Below, piece after piece: positions 13,328 to 25,940 of a stretch of DNA of 64,000 nt (positions are counted from its first letter, which is position 1; each line of letters begins with the position of its first letter). Origin of the DNA: Octopus sinensis (Eukaryota); contig NC_043000.1 in the NCBI RefSeq assembly GCF_006345805.1, forward strand, positions 95,170,001 to 95,234,000. The letters run 5' to 3'. Made by a program: the position numbers and the translations under genes. The notes under the pieces are model-generated. The model saw nothing but the letters and a program-made list of their open reading frames with translations, made no database searches and had not been told where the DNA came from.

Positions 13328-13607
13328 GGAGGCGCAATGGCCCGGTGGTTAGGGCAGCGGACTCGCGGTCGTAGGATCGCGGTTTCGATTCCCAGTGAGT
13401 GTTTACATGAGGCTCCGGCATAAGGTGGTGGCGATCCCTGCTGTACTCTTTCGCCACAACTTTCTCTCACTCTTTCCTCTGTTGGCTTGCTCGCTTAGCC
13501 AGCGGGGTGGCGTCATTTGAAGGCTTAAAAACAATACGAAGCGCATTGTGACCAGCGATGTGTAGCAACATCTGATAGCCTGGTCGGTCACGGTGATCAC
13601 GGTGATA
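13328..13607 (+). mobile_element. tRNA-headed SINE (GGAGGCGCAATGGCCC family)
   Basis: A box TGGCCCGGTGG and B box GTTTCGATTCC. Near-full second copy at 52807-53105. Confidence 0.85.
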
Positions 13608-14519
13608 TAACATATAAACCGCAAGGAGACATACATTTTCACACATGCAAATGTGTAAAAAACACGTGTACGTTCGTATGTGTGCATATGTTTATGTATA
13701 AGTGTCCACGCACGTGTTGATTTTGTGGGTATGCGTGTGTGTGTGCGTGTGCATGTGCGTGCGTGCCTGTATGCCTGCGTGCATAAATCCATGATTGTAT
13801 CTGCATGCTTCTATGTATTTGTGATGGACATATCCACGTATAAACATAATTTGTAGTGAAATTTTATGCGCGCATGAATGTATATGCATGCATGTTTGTG
13901 TACAGCCTTTTATATAGATATATGCGTGCATCTGTATGTGTGTGTGTTATATAAGTGGGTTAAGTTGAGCGTATGTGTATATAGGCATGTATGAATGTTA
14001 TTGCACGAGAATTTATATATTTCTATACAAATATATAGGCAAGGTTAATAACAATTATACCCCTGAGTGTATAGGTGTGTGAGGTTTGTGAATTTATGTT
14101 TATAAAAATACAAAATTACGTATATTTGTATTTATGTTTGCATATGTATGCGTGTTTGTCACAACTCTATCTTAAATTATTATCCGCCAATTTTATAGGT
14201 AACATACCTCATTCCCTTCCCAATTGTTTGGAAATAACAATTATTTATAACATATAAATCAAAATATGTAATTATTGCTGTCTTAATCTTTTTTAACCTT
14301 TCATCTAAAATTATTCATGCTTCAGTGAACACACTCGCCTTATCTTATTTTTCATCCTTTCTCTTCGTCCTATTTCTTGCCAGCTAATCAATTAAACGCC
14401 TTCTACATCCCATCTTTTCAAATCTTCTGTTTTTTAAAGGTTTTGTATTTTTCTTTCTTTTTCACCATTTTCACTTCTTCCTCTTCTTCTCTTGTTTCTT
14501 CTTAACTATTGTGTTTTAG

Positions 14520-14554
<35 letters not shown>

Positions 14555-15192
14555 CTTGTCCTCTCCTTTTTTTCTCTTCTCTTTTCTCTATCTCTTTAAC
14601 CTCGTTTCTTTCTCGTTTTAATTTTCTCTTTCCCCATTTTTGTATTTCTGTCATGTTTCCAGAGTCGCCTTAGCAGCATTGGGCAAATCAATGTACTGAG
14701 GCCTATAGTATTCACCTATTGACAGCAAGCCACAACATACATAGGTCTAAACTGTACTTCTAGACCCGCGGGGCGTCTAGACAACTGTCCGGTGTGTCCA
14801 TGCCTTAAGACGGTCCTGTATATCTGGTGTCTGTTTTCGTCTCTCTTTTGTTAGCCACCAGCCCAGTCATGAGCGAGAGACCCTGCTCAGGTTATCTCTG
14901 TCTTCTGATGCAAAGAAATCTGTTTGTTTCATGTGTATTTGAAACAGATATACAATCTTTTGAAGAAACGAGAAACACGAAGTAATTACAAACGTAGACT
15001 CAGTTACAAATATGTTATTCTGCTCTATCTAACAATAATGATTGCTTATTTGCTAAATTGCAATTCACGCCAGTGTGAACTCATAATAATCTCCTTTCTC
15101 TCTGTACCTTACCCCATTTTTCTATCCCCATATATATATACATGCACAAATATATGTGTACGTATGTGCGTGCATGTATGTATGTATGTATG

Positions 15193-15226
<34 letters not shown>

Positions 15227-15562
15227 TGTATGTATGCGTGTGTGTGTGTATGTATGTATGTATGTATGTATCTATGTATGTATGTATTATGTATGTATGT
15301 ATGTATGTATGTATGTATGTATGTATGGTAGTGCACTATATTGTTGATTTTGGCATGTAACTTGAGACGTAGTAGATAAAAGTGCATAGCCTCTTTTATG
15401 CTGGAGATGATAGATAGACTGCAGGTTGATTCAGTTGTGGCAAAAGGGTGAAACGAAACTCCATGAAAAATATTTGGGGGAAAAAAGAAAAGTTTATTTC
15501 CCTTGGATCGGCGTTCGCCATTAGTGAAGTATATAAGTTCTGAGTGAATCGCCCTCCTATTC

Positions 15563-16190
15563 AAAATCGAACGTGAAAAATTCGAGAAAACGAAATTCTG
15601 CCCATGAGGGCAGCTCCGAAGATTTCACTATTCGAGTTTGGGAAAGCGCCCGGAATGCGCGGATCATTTTGCATTTTTCAAATACGACCTAGATTTTCCA
15701 GCGACCTCTACTTTATGTTATACGTCACTGCGTACTCTTTTAATCACCATATATAAAAATCGAACATGAAAAATTCGAGAAAACGAAATTCTGACCATGA
15801 GGGCAACTCCGAAGATTTCACTTTTCGAGTTTAGGAAAGCACCCGGAATGTACGGATCATTTTGTTTTTTTTTTTTTCAGATATGGCTTAAATTTTCCAG
15901 CGATCTCCACTTCATGTTATACGTCATTGTGTGCTCTTTTAATCGCCATATACAGCTGGCCAAAGTTGTGACATTGTGCTTTTCCTGAATCCTTATAGAG
16001 AATCCATGACTATTCAGCTTGGCTTCTAAGGAACACTCCATTACCTCGATGTATTTTTGTATATGCGTCGTCATACTGGTGTTGGTTGATGTTAATTCTA
16101 CTTCGTAGACCAGTACTTTTGTGCTGCATTGACCATATACTGGGCACTCGTTAGAAGCCCTACATGAGCATCCTGTTTTTACCCGTAGTT
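15563..16190 (-). mobile_element. Penelope-like element GIY-YIG endonuclease 3' fragment with tandemly duplicated end
   Basis: Minus frame reads GCSCRASNECPVYGQCSTKVLVYEVE...KYIEVME...HNVTTLASCIWRLKE..YNMKW, then LNSKSEIFG/CPHGQNF. This is the typical PLE GIY-YIG layout. Units 15563-15755 and 15756-15953 are direct duplicates. Confidence 0.85.
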
Positions 16191-16363
16191 TATGCTTATT
16201 AACTAATACTTATTATGCTACTTTTGAAGCTGAATACGTTTGTTACCTTTCACTTCAACCCTCTATGTGTATGTATGTGTTTCTACATATGTATGTATGC
16301 ATGTATGTATGTATGTATATAACATACATATATACACGTATAAGCACACACACACTATATAGT

Positions 16364-16414
<51 letters not shown>

Positions 16415-17484
16415 TATACGTGTAGATACGCATGTATGTATATATTGTATGTATACATGTATGTATATATATGTACTGTAGAAGTATTTTGTAAAAATTA
16501 GACAATGAAACTTTAGTTGTAATAGGACAAAAGTAGACCGTAGATAAATACTTTTTTTCTTAGCTTCAGATCAATTTTGGAATTTGTACTCATTGAAAGA
16601 ATCAATTTTGTTACAACTTTGACCACTAATATGAGGAACAATACTGCAATTAACACGATTCTACTGAAATTTAGAATTAAATTACTGGGAATGTTGCTAT
16701 ATGAGTATCTGTATGCGTTTTTATATGTTTACTGAAAACGTGATCAGTGTATCTACAAATGGATTACAAAGAGAGGCTTAAATTTAAATTCTTGTAAGCA
16801 TTCGGCATAAAATTTCATTAAAAAAAACAGTTTGCCAGAAAGTTTTCAAATATTCGTTTCTTTTATCAAAGGACTTTTCTCTAAAAGTTTCAGTCAATTA
16901 CTTTTATTTGTTCTTTTTTATTTTATGTTGTTTATTTTGTTTTTATTTTATTTATTTATTCTCCATTTATGGTGGATTGGAAAGTTAGATGCCATAAACA
17001 AGTAGGTCCTCAGTCGGTTTGATGATGAGCCCTGACGCGTATGACTAAGTGGATTCTTCGGCGAGAAATTAACGTATAAAGTATTCCATATACACGTGGA
17101 CCTTTGACACGGTTCTCAGACAGAATAAGTATGAGATAATGAGATGTGGCTGAACTTCTTGATTTACCGCTACAATCTAGAAAAAATGTGGCAAAGAAGA
17201 ATCCGCCCCATTCCTGAAGATCGGGTACTTTACCTATCGACCTCAAAAGGAGGGAAGGCAAAGTTGACTCCACTGGGATTCGAAATCAGAACACAGGGAA
17301 AAGTAATGAATGCCACAAACCATTCTAAAGATGCTCGAACATTCTGCTTAAATACAGAAACAAATTAGTAACAACAGTAACGTATAGAGATGTGTGTGTG
17401 TGTGTGTATGTCTATCTGTCTGTCGTTATATGTGTTCCCTAAACGTAAACAGGTTATCCACAAATGGATTGTGAGAGAAGCTGA

Positions 17485-17933
17485 GGAACTTTTCGGTTTG
17501 AACGGCAGTTTTTTCTAGCGGTGTCATATAAACTTTTCACCCATAATTATGACCCTAGTATCGATCTATTGCATTTCAATCTGTTTTAGGGTTAGGGTTA
17601 GGGTTAGTTAGGGTTAGGGTCAGGGTTAGGATTAGGGGTGGGGGAAAGTTATCTTTTTTTCTTCACAAATGTAAATAAACCCAATCTGTTTCTTAAACGA
17701 GGGACATATTCATACGGCACAGAATGTTTTTTACCTCAATAGACGTCATTGATTGGTTGAAATTGCAGAAATTGAAGAAAAAAAAACAAATATCTTACAA
17801 ACTATCGAATTTTCTCAATAAAGCCAAGAGAAAAAGATGTTTTATAAACACATTCTACCAGTATACGAAGTTTTAAAGTGTTTAGTTACGTGGAAATTAT
17901 TTTTAAAAACTGCCGTTCAAACCGAAAAAATCC
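17485..17933. mobile_element. Non-autonomous DNA transposon (MITE) with about 30-bp TIRs, 8-bp TSD and internal (TTAGGG)n
   Basis: TIRs GGAACTTTTCGGTTTGAACGGCAGTTTTT and AAAAACTGCCGTTCAAACCGAAAAAATCC. TSD GAAGCTGA at 17477-17484 and 17934-17941. TTAGGG run at about 17586-17637. GG ends plus 8-bp TSD would fit Merlin; hAT or MULE are not excluded. Confidence 0.88.
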
Positions 17934-19399
17934 GAAGCTGAAATTTAAATTTCGTCGTCTTGGCCCATAATACACACTATTGGACATTGAGATGAATGTT
18001 CTTCTATCTTAATGATCGATAACGAGACAAAACCATCGATAACGAGACAAAATGAATTGACTTCATTGTATTACATGCAAAGGCGGCAAGCTGACAGAAT
18101 AATTAGCACACGAGACAAATTGCTTGGCGGCATATCTTCCGGTTTTGCGTTCTGAGTTCAAATTCTGCCAAGGTCGACTTTGCTTTTCATCCTTTCGAGG
18201 CCTATAAAATAAGTACCAATTGAGTACTGGAATCGCTATAATTAACTAGCTTCTTCTTCCCACACACGCGCGCGCGAATTTCGCGCTTTGTAACTATACC
18301 AGAAAGTATTATAATACGTAGTTTTCGGCTCTTTACATTCTGAGTTCAAATCCCACCGCAGTCAACTTTACTTTTCATACTTTCGGGGTTGATAAAATAA
18401 AGTAGCAGTCGAGTGTTGAAGTCGATGGTATTGACTAATCCTTTTTCTAAAAGTGGTTGACATTGCGCTTAAATCAGAAACCATTTTATTACATGCAGCT
18501 ATTTTACCAAACCTTTAGAGATGATTGGCAGTCAGTTTCGTTGAAGAATGTGAACACAAACACGTGTTTTGCCTGAGTGTATTTGAAGGAGAGAATTAGG
18601 GAAGGGAATAGATGAAAGAAATAAAAGAAAGGTAGAAAGAGAGGATAGAAGTAGGTGGGGGGATTTTACCAAAAGGTTGTCAGAAAAGAATGTATATATA
18701 TGTATGTACATGTTAAATCATGGGTTCAAATCATGACTGCAACTATTTCATGTGGCATATGCCACATGGTTTATCTACTTACCAGAAACAACAACTGATT
18801 TTCCTCAAACCCCACAATTTTAAAACAGGAATAATAGATTTTATAAAGCAGTTTCAGATACAAAATGTCTGAAATAAAGACCGTTGGAAACTACTGGAAC
18901 GTATTTAATCGAAAATGTGTTCCAAATTGAATAAACAAAAATAAGTTCTATTTAATCAATCGCAAACAGATTTAAATTCAGAACGTTAAAGAAACTTAAC
19001 TGAATAGAACAAAGCATTTAGTATCTTATATGTTATTATTTCTGTCACACCACACATTCTGGCATTTGTAATTATTGATTCCCAACGTAGCCAAAAGACA
19101 TCCCGCTTTAGTAGAGAATGTGATCGATTAAGATTAACTCAACTGTGTGGTTGGTACGTTATTTCATCGATCTCTTTTACTTGTTCAAGTAGTTAGACTG
19201 CTGCTATACTAGAGTACCACTATTAGAGGGTTAGTTGAACCTGTACTTATTTTAACTCTGGTACTTATTCCATTGGCTCCTTTTGTCAAACCGCTAATTT
19301 ACAGGGACGTAAACAAACCAACGACGATTGTCAAGCGGTTGGAAGACACACACAAACACATACATATCTATATGTATATATATATGACGGGCTTGTCTC

Positions 19400-19697
19400 A
19401 GTTTCTGTCAACCAAATTCATTCAGAGAACATTGATCGGCTCGTGATTATAGCTGATACACTTACCCAAGTTGCTACGAAGTGGAACTGAACCTAAAACC
19501 ATGCTATTGCAAAGTAAAATTCTTAACTACTACACAGCTTGAAAGACAAAATTGGTCCCAACTGGATTTCAACTCAGAATGCTTGTATCCATAACTAAAT
19601 ATCACAAGTCATTTAGTCCTGTGACATTCCACTTGATCAGTGATATTACACTACACCAAACTACCACCCTTGGTGTATATAATTATTTATAAGCATA
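19400..19697 (+). repeat. Local duplication, copy 1 (copy 2 at 21640-21934)
   Basis: About 295 bp align colinearly, including junctions between two SINE fragments and the following sequence. Confidence 0.85.
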
Positions 19698-19902
19698 TAT
19701 CTTTAATACTAACCCATCAAGCACACAAAGTTTTTTAACAGAGAGCAGAGGGAAATCATACGTCGATGGTTGCTACATAATTAATGATACCCACATTATA
19801 TCGCACTATGTTAGTTGGGTCTCTACTTTGTGTTAGCGTTACTACAGTTCATTGATGAGTTACACATCTGTGTACAAACCACTAGAATTTCATTTCTTGT
19901 TA

Positions 19903-20130
19903 GGCGGCGAGCTGGAAGAAACGTTAGCACGCCGGGCGAAATGCTTTGTGGTATTTCGTCCGCCGCTGCGTTCTGAGTTCAAATTCCGCCGAGGTCGACT
20001 TTGCCTTTCATCCTTTCGGGGTCGATTAAATAAGTACCAGTTATGCACTGGGGTCGATATAATCGACTTAATCCGTTTGTCTGTCCTTGTTTGTCCTCTC
20101 TGTGTTTCGCCCCTTGTGGGTAGTAAAGAT
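19903..20130 (+). mobile_element. tRNA-derived SINE (GGCGGCGAGCTGGCAGAA...TTCTGAGTTCAAATTCCGCCGAGGTCGAC family), well-preserved copy
   Basis: Most abundant SINE in the window. Degenerate copies at about 17.2, 18.1, 18.3, 21.5, 22.0, 32.3-32.7, 37.2-38.3, 46.1, 51.5-51.9 and 60.5-60.7 kb. Confidence 0.88.
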
Positions 20131-22466
20131 AAGATTGCTATCACTCCTCCGTCGAGTCCAACGATATGTAAATCATTACAAACAAATATATGAATAACGA
20201 CAGAAGAATATATTTGAATATATTGTGATTAACATATGACACGTTTAGTGTAGGGAGGGAATATTCAACATTTTTACAAATTTTCCACAAAAGCTGTTTA
20301 AAGTTTTCAAAGAATATTGATGCTTTACCTTCTTATCTTTTGTGAGTTAGTAAATTACAGTGAGTAACACAATTTTTGTTCTTGGGTGGCAACTGTTATT
20401 TTCTATTCGCTTACACCTAGAAAGTAGGAAAAGTGGCTATTTCTTTCAAACTTTGCTTTCGTTGCATTAAATCAAACCCCAAAGAATCCCTCTCAAAACT
20501 TGGATATGATGCTCCCCGACTACCCCTACTTCCGATCAGAGATGTACATATTGTCAGCCACTAAGAGACATGCTCAAGTGGTTAAGTCAAGCAATTAACA
20601 AGCAAATCTGTGGTATTGAGCAGAATATTTGCTACAACGATATTTCTGCTTTGGCAACTCAGCGCTGAATCTCTTTGAAATGTAAGGAAAATAGGTCATT
20701 TTCAAAACATAGATGCCCAAGTCACAAAAGCTAAGTTTGAAGGAAATGGTAGTCGTTTCCTTTGATTTCTAGACAGAAGCAAATAAGAAATATCTCTTAC
20801 TGATCTAAAACAAAAAAATAATAAAAGGATGAAAGATAAAGTCGACCTCGACAGTATTTGAATTCAGTTCAGTAGTAAGTCGAAAGCAATATCGCCTAGC
20901 AATATCGCCTAGCTTTTTGTCTACCATCTCGCTGCCTTAAAAAGAGTTGATATATGGAAACAAGAAGACAATTGAATTTTTCTTAATTTATCTTTTGAAT
21001 TTATAGATTTTTTTTTAATTTATAGAAATATATTTGACTATTAAACATGAAGATATTCACAGAATATTGCATTTTTGTGTGTGCGTGCGTGTACGTAAAA
21101 CTAATGTGACATCACAACACAACTCTCAAAAAGAAAAAAGAAATAGTACCTAAAAGAAAAGGAAATAGGACTAAAAAATCATTACATACATACACCATAC
21201 AAACGTAAATACAAGCGGCTATTAATCTCTACAACGCTTTGAATCCCTCGTTTGTTTATTACCGACCCTCTTACTTAGATTTCAGTACGAAAGAGTCTGA
21301 ATTAAGCTCTATTTTTTTACGTAAGTAAAGATGAGATTTCAAATATAGCTTTCAAATGAAAAAAAAAGCGATGTTTGGAATTTTGTTCAATATTTCCTTT
21401 TAAAACCGAGCGCGTCATATATCCAAGCATCACATAATGATTTCAAATTTTGGCACCAATTTAGCAGTTTTACGGAAGGAGATAAATCAGTTACATCGAC
21501 TCCAGGAGCCAAATGTTTGTTATTTTATGAACCTGAAAAGGATGAAAAGCAAAGCTGATCTCGAAAGGATTTGAACTCAGAATGTAAAGAGGCGGACGGA
21601 ATGCTACTAAGCACTCAGGTGCGTGAACGATTTTGCTAGCAGTTTCCGTCAACCTAATTCATTCAGAGAGCATTGATCGACTTGTGCCTATAGATGATAC
21701 ACTTACCCAAGGTGCTGCGAAATGGAACTGAACCTAAAACCACGCTATTGCAAAATGAAATTCTTAACCACACAGCTGAAAGACAAAATTGGTCTCAATT
21801 GGATTTGAACTCAGAATGTCTGTAACCATAACTAAATATCACAAGTCATTTAGTCCAGTGATATTCCACTTGATCAGCCATATCACACTATACCAAACTA
21901 CCACCTTTGACGTATATAATTATTTATATGCATAATTGTTTCAAATTTTGGAACAAATTCGGTTACTTTAAAGGGAGGCGATTAGTCAATACAATTGGCA
22001 CCAGTACTTGTCTAGTACTTTATTTTATTGATCCAAAGAAGATAAAAAGTAAATCTGATCTCGCCAAGATTTGAAATTAGGGCGTAAAGACTGGGAAGAA
22101 ACACCGCTAAACTTTTTGTCAGTCGCACAAACAATATTGCCAGCTCGATGCCTTTCGGCATAATATATAGAATATGAATGTAAGAAGACGGTGCTTAAAT
22201 AGAAAGATGGAAGACTGAGAAGATAAAATAAAAGTTACAATTACAAAGAATATAAAGAAACAATTTAATGGATTCTCGCCAAAGGGCAAAATGGTAATGT
22301 GTTACAAAACTAGACTCTTGTCTCTACTATCGGCTCAGACCAGTATGTCACTTTTACAACATTCGGATGTGTCGAAGTGGAAGATTCTGGCGTCAGGTAA
22401 GTCTACCCTTTTTCTGACATTGCTTAATCACAGAACTAGCAAGAAGATTTACTAACGGTTTCTCTC

Positions 22467-22536
<70 letters not shown>

Positions 22537-22889
22537 CCTATCTCTCCCTCCCTCCCTCTCCCCCACACACGCAAACCATAACATACACACACACCACACA
22601 TCACACCACACACATACACACACATCACATATATACACGCATACACCACACACACACATAAACTGAGAAAAGTAGTTCTGTATGCGTATTTGGATATATT
22701 TGTGTGTGTGTTTGTATACGTCAACACAATACACACACTCAGAGACGCATGTATATGTATATATACCCTCACAAACATACATACAGAAAAATATCTATGT
22801 TTATATATACATATATATATATATATACGTATGTGTGGGGTATATATATATATATGGGTATAGATAGATAGATAGATCAAAATAGTTTG

Positions 22890-22954
22890 ATTCAGACTCC
22901 TTGGTACTCCGAGTTTCAAAGATCTGGATAGTCTTCAGCCATTGGGGTCTGAAT
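22890..22954 (-). ncRNA. Type I hammerhead-like motif, stem II eroded
   Basis: Minus strand: ATTCAGAC-CC-CAA-TGG CTGAAGA ... GAAA CTC-G-GAG-TA CCA-A-GG-A-GTCTGAAT. Stems I and III and the core are present; stem II is weak. Confidence 0.6.
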
Positions 22955-23525
22955 GAGAGTTTGATTGAAGAGAGTCAATGTTTACTACTGGAAGTTAGCC
23001 TGCGATTGGACGAGAAAGGTGTTGTATAGCGCTTTCATGTTGGTATTTCAGGATGGTGTAAGAATAGCTCTGTATACTACAGCCATTGAGAGATAGGATC
23101 CTCCTAGAGGACAGTGGTAGGGTTTCCGAAGCTGCAGGTTGGGGTTAGGGTCTGTATGGGTGCGTTTTTACGTTTGTTAATGCGTGAGATGTTTGATACG
23201 ATATTGCCTAAGCAGGAGTTGCTTACCTTGATATGTGGCTTGAAGAGTTTGAAATACTTATGGCCTCTGGGGAAATGTTTCTTTATTAACGACAGGGAGC
23301 CCCTGGCTACGTTGATAGAAACTTCTAGATTAAACTTCCAGATTATTTTCCGTTTCCTAATTCTCTTGGGGTGAAGGAAAGGTATTTGGGTTTCGTCCAC
23401 ACACATGAGTTTCTTAGAAAATCCGCTCCTGTTCACCATGAGGTATTTTCCAACTAATCGTTGTCGCTGAAATACCAACATCAAACCGCTTTACCGCGCG
23501 ACCTTTCTCGATGCACTGAACTCTC

Positions 23526-23590
23526 ATTCAGGCCCTAATGGCCGAAGACTGGCCACACGCTTGAAACTCAGAGTACCAAGGAGTGTGAAT
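23526..23590 (+). ncRNA. Type I hammerhead-like motif (U4C, eroded stem II), inverted copy
   Basis: TGG CCGAAGA ... GAAA CTC-A-GAG-TA CCA; paralogous to 22890-22954. Confidence 0.5.
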
Positions 23591-23677
23591 CAGATTGTTT
23601 TGATCTATGCATGTAAGGTGTTGAGTTTCCTTTTTCCGTTAGTCTACTCACTTGTGTATATATTTATATATATATAT

Positions 23678-23711
<34 letters not shown>

Positions 23712-23946
23712 ATATATACGGTTAATTCTACACTGCTTGGTCGAATTGATTAACAATTATATATATATATAGATATATATATATATATATTAAGTTCAGT
23801 ATGTGGCAAAATAATTTATTTTACTAAGCCCTAATTATATAATGTAATATTTTGAATTCGCCTTAAATGGTCCTTTTACATACTGAACACTTGGTGAAAT
23901 TGATTAATTAATTTTACCCTCAATTGTTGATATATACATATATATA

Positions 23947-23999
<53 letters not shown>

Positions 24000-24006
<7 letters not shown>

Positions 24007-24365
24007 GGGAATATGATTCCAAACTTACAGGGAAAAATTCAATTTAGTAATACTAAATCAAATTTCACAATATATAATACATGTATATAAATTAGAGAAG
24101 AACCACCATGTACCAAGTCAACAATGATATACGTAAATCATAACATATAGAAAAAATTAAAGATGTGATAAAACATTTACCTAGAACTAAATAGAGTACG
24201 AAATAATAAATAAATAGTATATAATTAGTAAATAGACTACACGTGTTTCGTGGCTATATTTTTAAATTGATAACAATAAAATCAATTCAATTTAAATATA
24301 GTCACTCATCAGGTCTAGGATAAAAGCAAAAAAAATAATTAAATAAGTGTACGATTTATATACAT
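24000..24365 (-). mobile_element. Penelope-like terminal repeat (pLTR) in (TA)n
   Basis: Paralogous to 27015-27400, contains a hammerhead, and has (TA)n on both sides. Confidence 0.7.
24233..24317 (-). ncRNA. Type I hammerhead ribozyme motif, canonical core
   Basis: Minus strand: TAGAC CTGATGA GTGACTATATTT...AAATATAGCCAC GAAA C-ACGT-G TA GTCTA. Stem I 5 bp, stem II 11 of 12 pairs, predicted cleavage after GTA (between 24238 and 24237). Confidence 0.88.
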
Positions 24366-24374
24366 ACATACATA

Positions 24375-24435
<61 letters not shown>

Positions 24436-24537
24436 ATATATATGTATATATGTACATATATATATATGTATATATATATATATGTATATGTATATATGTA
24501 CATATATATATATGTATATATATATGAACATATATAT

Positions 24538-24570
<33 letters not shown>

Positions 24571-24575
24571 GTATG

Positions 24576-24611
<36 letters not shown>

Positions 24612-24770
24612 ATGTATATATATATATATGTATATTATATATGTACATATATATATATGTATATATATATATATGTATATATATATGAACATATATATAT
24701 ATATATATATATGTATGTATACATATATGTATATACATATATATATATGTATATAAATTTATATATTTAT
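24365..24770. repeat. (TA)n/(TATG)n compound microsatellite
   Basis: Seen directly. Confidence 0.95.
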
Positions 24771-24794
24771 GGTTGTGTATACATGTGTGAATAC

Positions 24795-25050
24795 GAATAA
24801 TGTGACAAATTATTCAAAAATATCTGGCAATTAACACAAACCGTATTCAGTTACAATATTAGGTGGAAAACCACTGAGACTATGAAAACTTACAAAAATA
24901 GAAATTATAGATGTGATCTATGCACAGCGGAAAAACAACCTTGTCCTTAAAAACAAAAGCCTATATTTTTCTAACGACTAATTTCATACCTGGAGTTAAC
25001 GTTTTACAAAATGTAGACATATTGAGAAATTCATATCATGTAACTGTATC
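24795..25050 (+). mobile_element. Penelope-like GIY-YIG C-terminal fragment (decayed)
   Basis: Frameshifted translation gives NIWQLTQTVFSYNIRWKT...YKNRNYRCDLCTAEK...TKCRHIEKF, matching the PLE C-terminal W..K..Y.I.W...C.LC..EK...CRH..KF pattern. Confidence 0.75.
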
Positions 25051-25764
25051 TTATCACCACTAGCATGCTAAATAGTCTTGCTAACATTCTCTTGTATTCA
25101 TTGTAGCCACTTTTAAACCCTTTTTCGATATCTTCTTATTAACTTGTATATAGGGTAAGTGAGAGTGCGTATGTGTGTGTGTGTGTGCATACACGCTAGG
25201 TTTGAAGAAAGGAGTAATGCCCATGACATTCGTAGTTCCCTCTAAACCAGTATAATTGACGCCATCAAAACTCCTCTTAAAACTTTGTAGGGCAACATCT
25301 ACAGAAATGATAAAAACAAGGTAGCGACTTGAATTCAAGGGGGGCAACGCTGTCGCAAAGAATTAAATATTTTGGATAGTGATAAGTAGCGGATCGGAAG
25401 GCCTGGACACAAGAAGAATGAAGGGAAAATGAGAGACAAACGAGTGATCAAATGCTTGGGTAGAAGAGTCACGTGCTTCTCTGTCTGTCTGTCTCTCTCT
25501 CTTCAAGTAGAGAGAGAGAGAGAGAGAGAGTAGTGGAGAAAAGAAAGAAAAGAGAGAGAGAGACTGCAGGGCTCAGTATCAGAGGCGAGATTGTGTTCCA
25601 AACAGTTGGGTGACATTTTTGTAGTCGCGACATACACATAAACACAAACTCACATACAAACACACATATATACGTACATATACATATGTTCGTATATAAA
25701 TGTACATAAACAAATGCACATATATATGTACATTTATATGCAAATGTACATAAGTATATGTACG

Positions 25765-25801
<37 letters not shown>

Positions 25802-25859
25802 CTCTGTGTGTGTATGTATGTATGTATGTATGTATGTATGTATGTATGTATGTATGTAC

Positions 25860-25940
<81 letters not shown>

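Larger units (their letters stand above)
22872..23608 (-). mobile_element. Truncated Penelope-like element flanked by 90-bp inverted hammerhead-bearing termini
   Basis: ORF 23104-23484 (RKRKIIWKFN..SINVARGSLSLIKKHFPRGHKYFKLFKPHIKVSNSCLGNI..IS..NK) is the PLE RT-to-GIY-YIG linker, followed by AVVYRA. Arms 22872-22961 and 23519-23608 are inverted. Confidence 0.88.

Noticed and set aside
13328-13400. tRNA gene (also 52807 and 59349)
   Set aside because: The A and B boxes are SINE heads continuing into a shared SINE body, with no complete cloverleaf or terminator.
17586-17637. Telomere or chromosome-fusion site
   Set aside because: The short TTAGGG run lies inside a TIR/TSD-bounded MITE.
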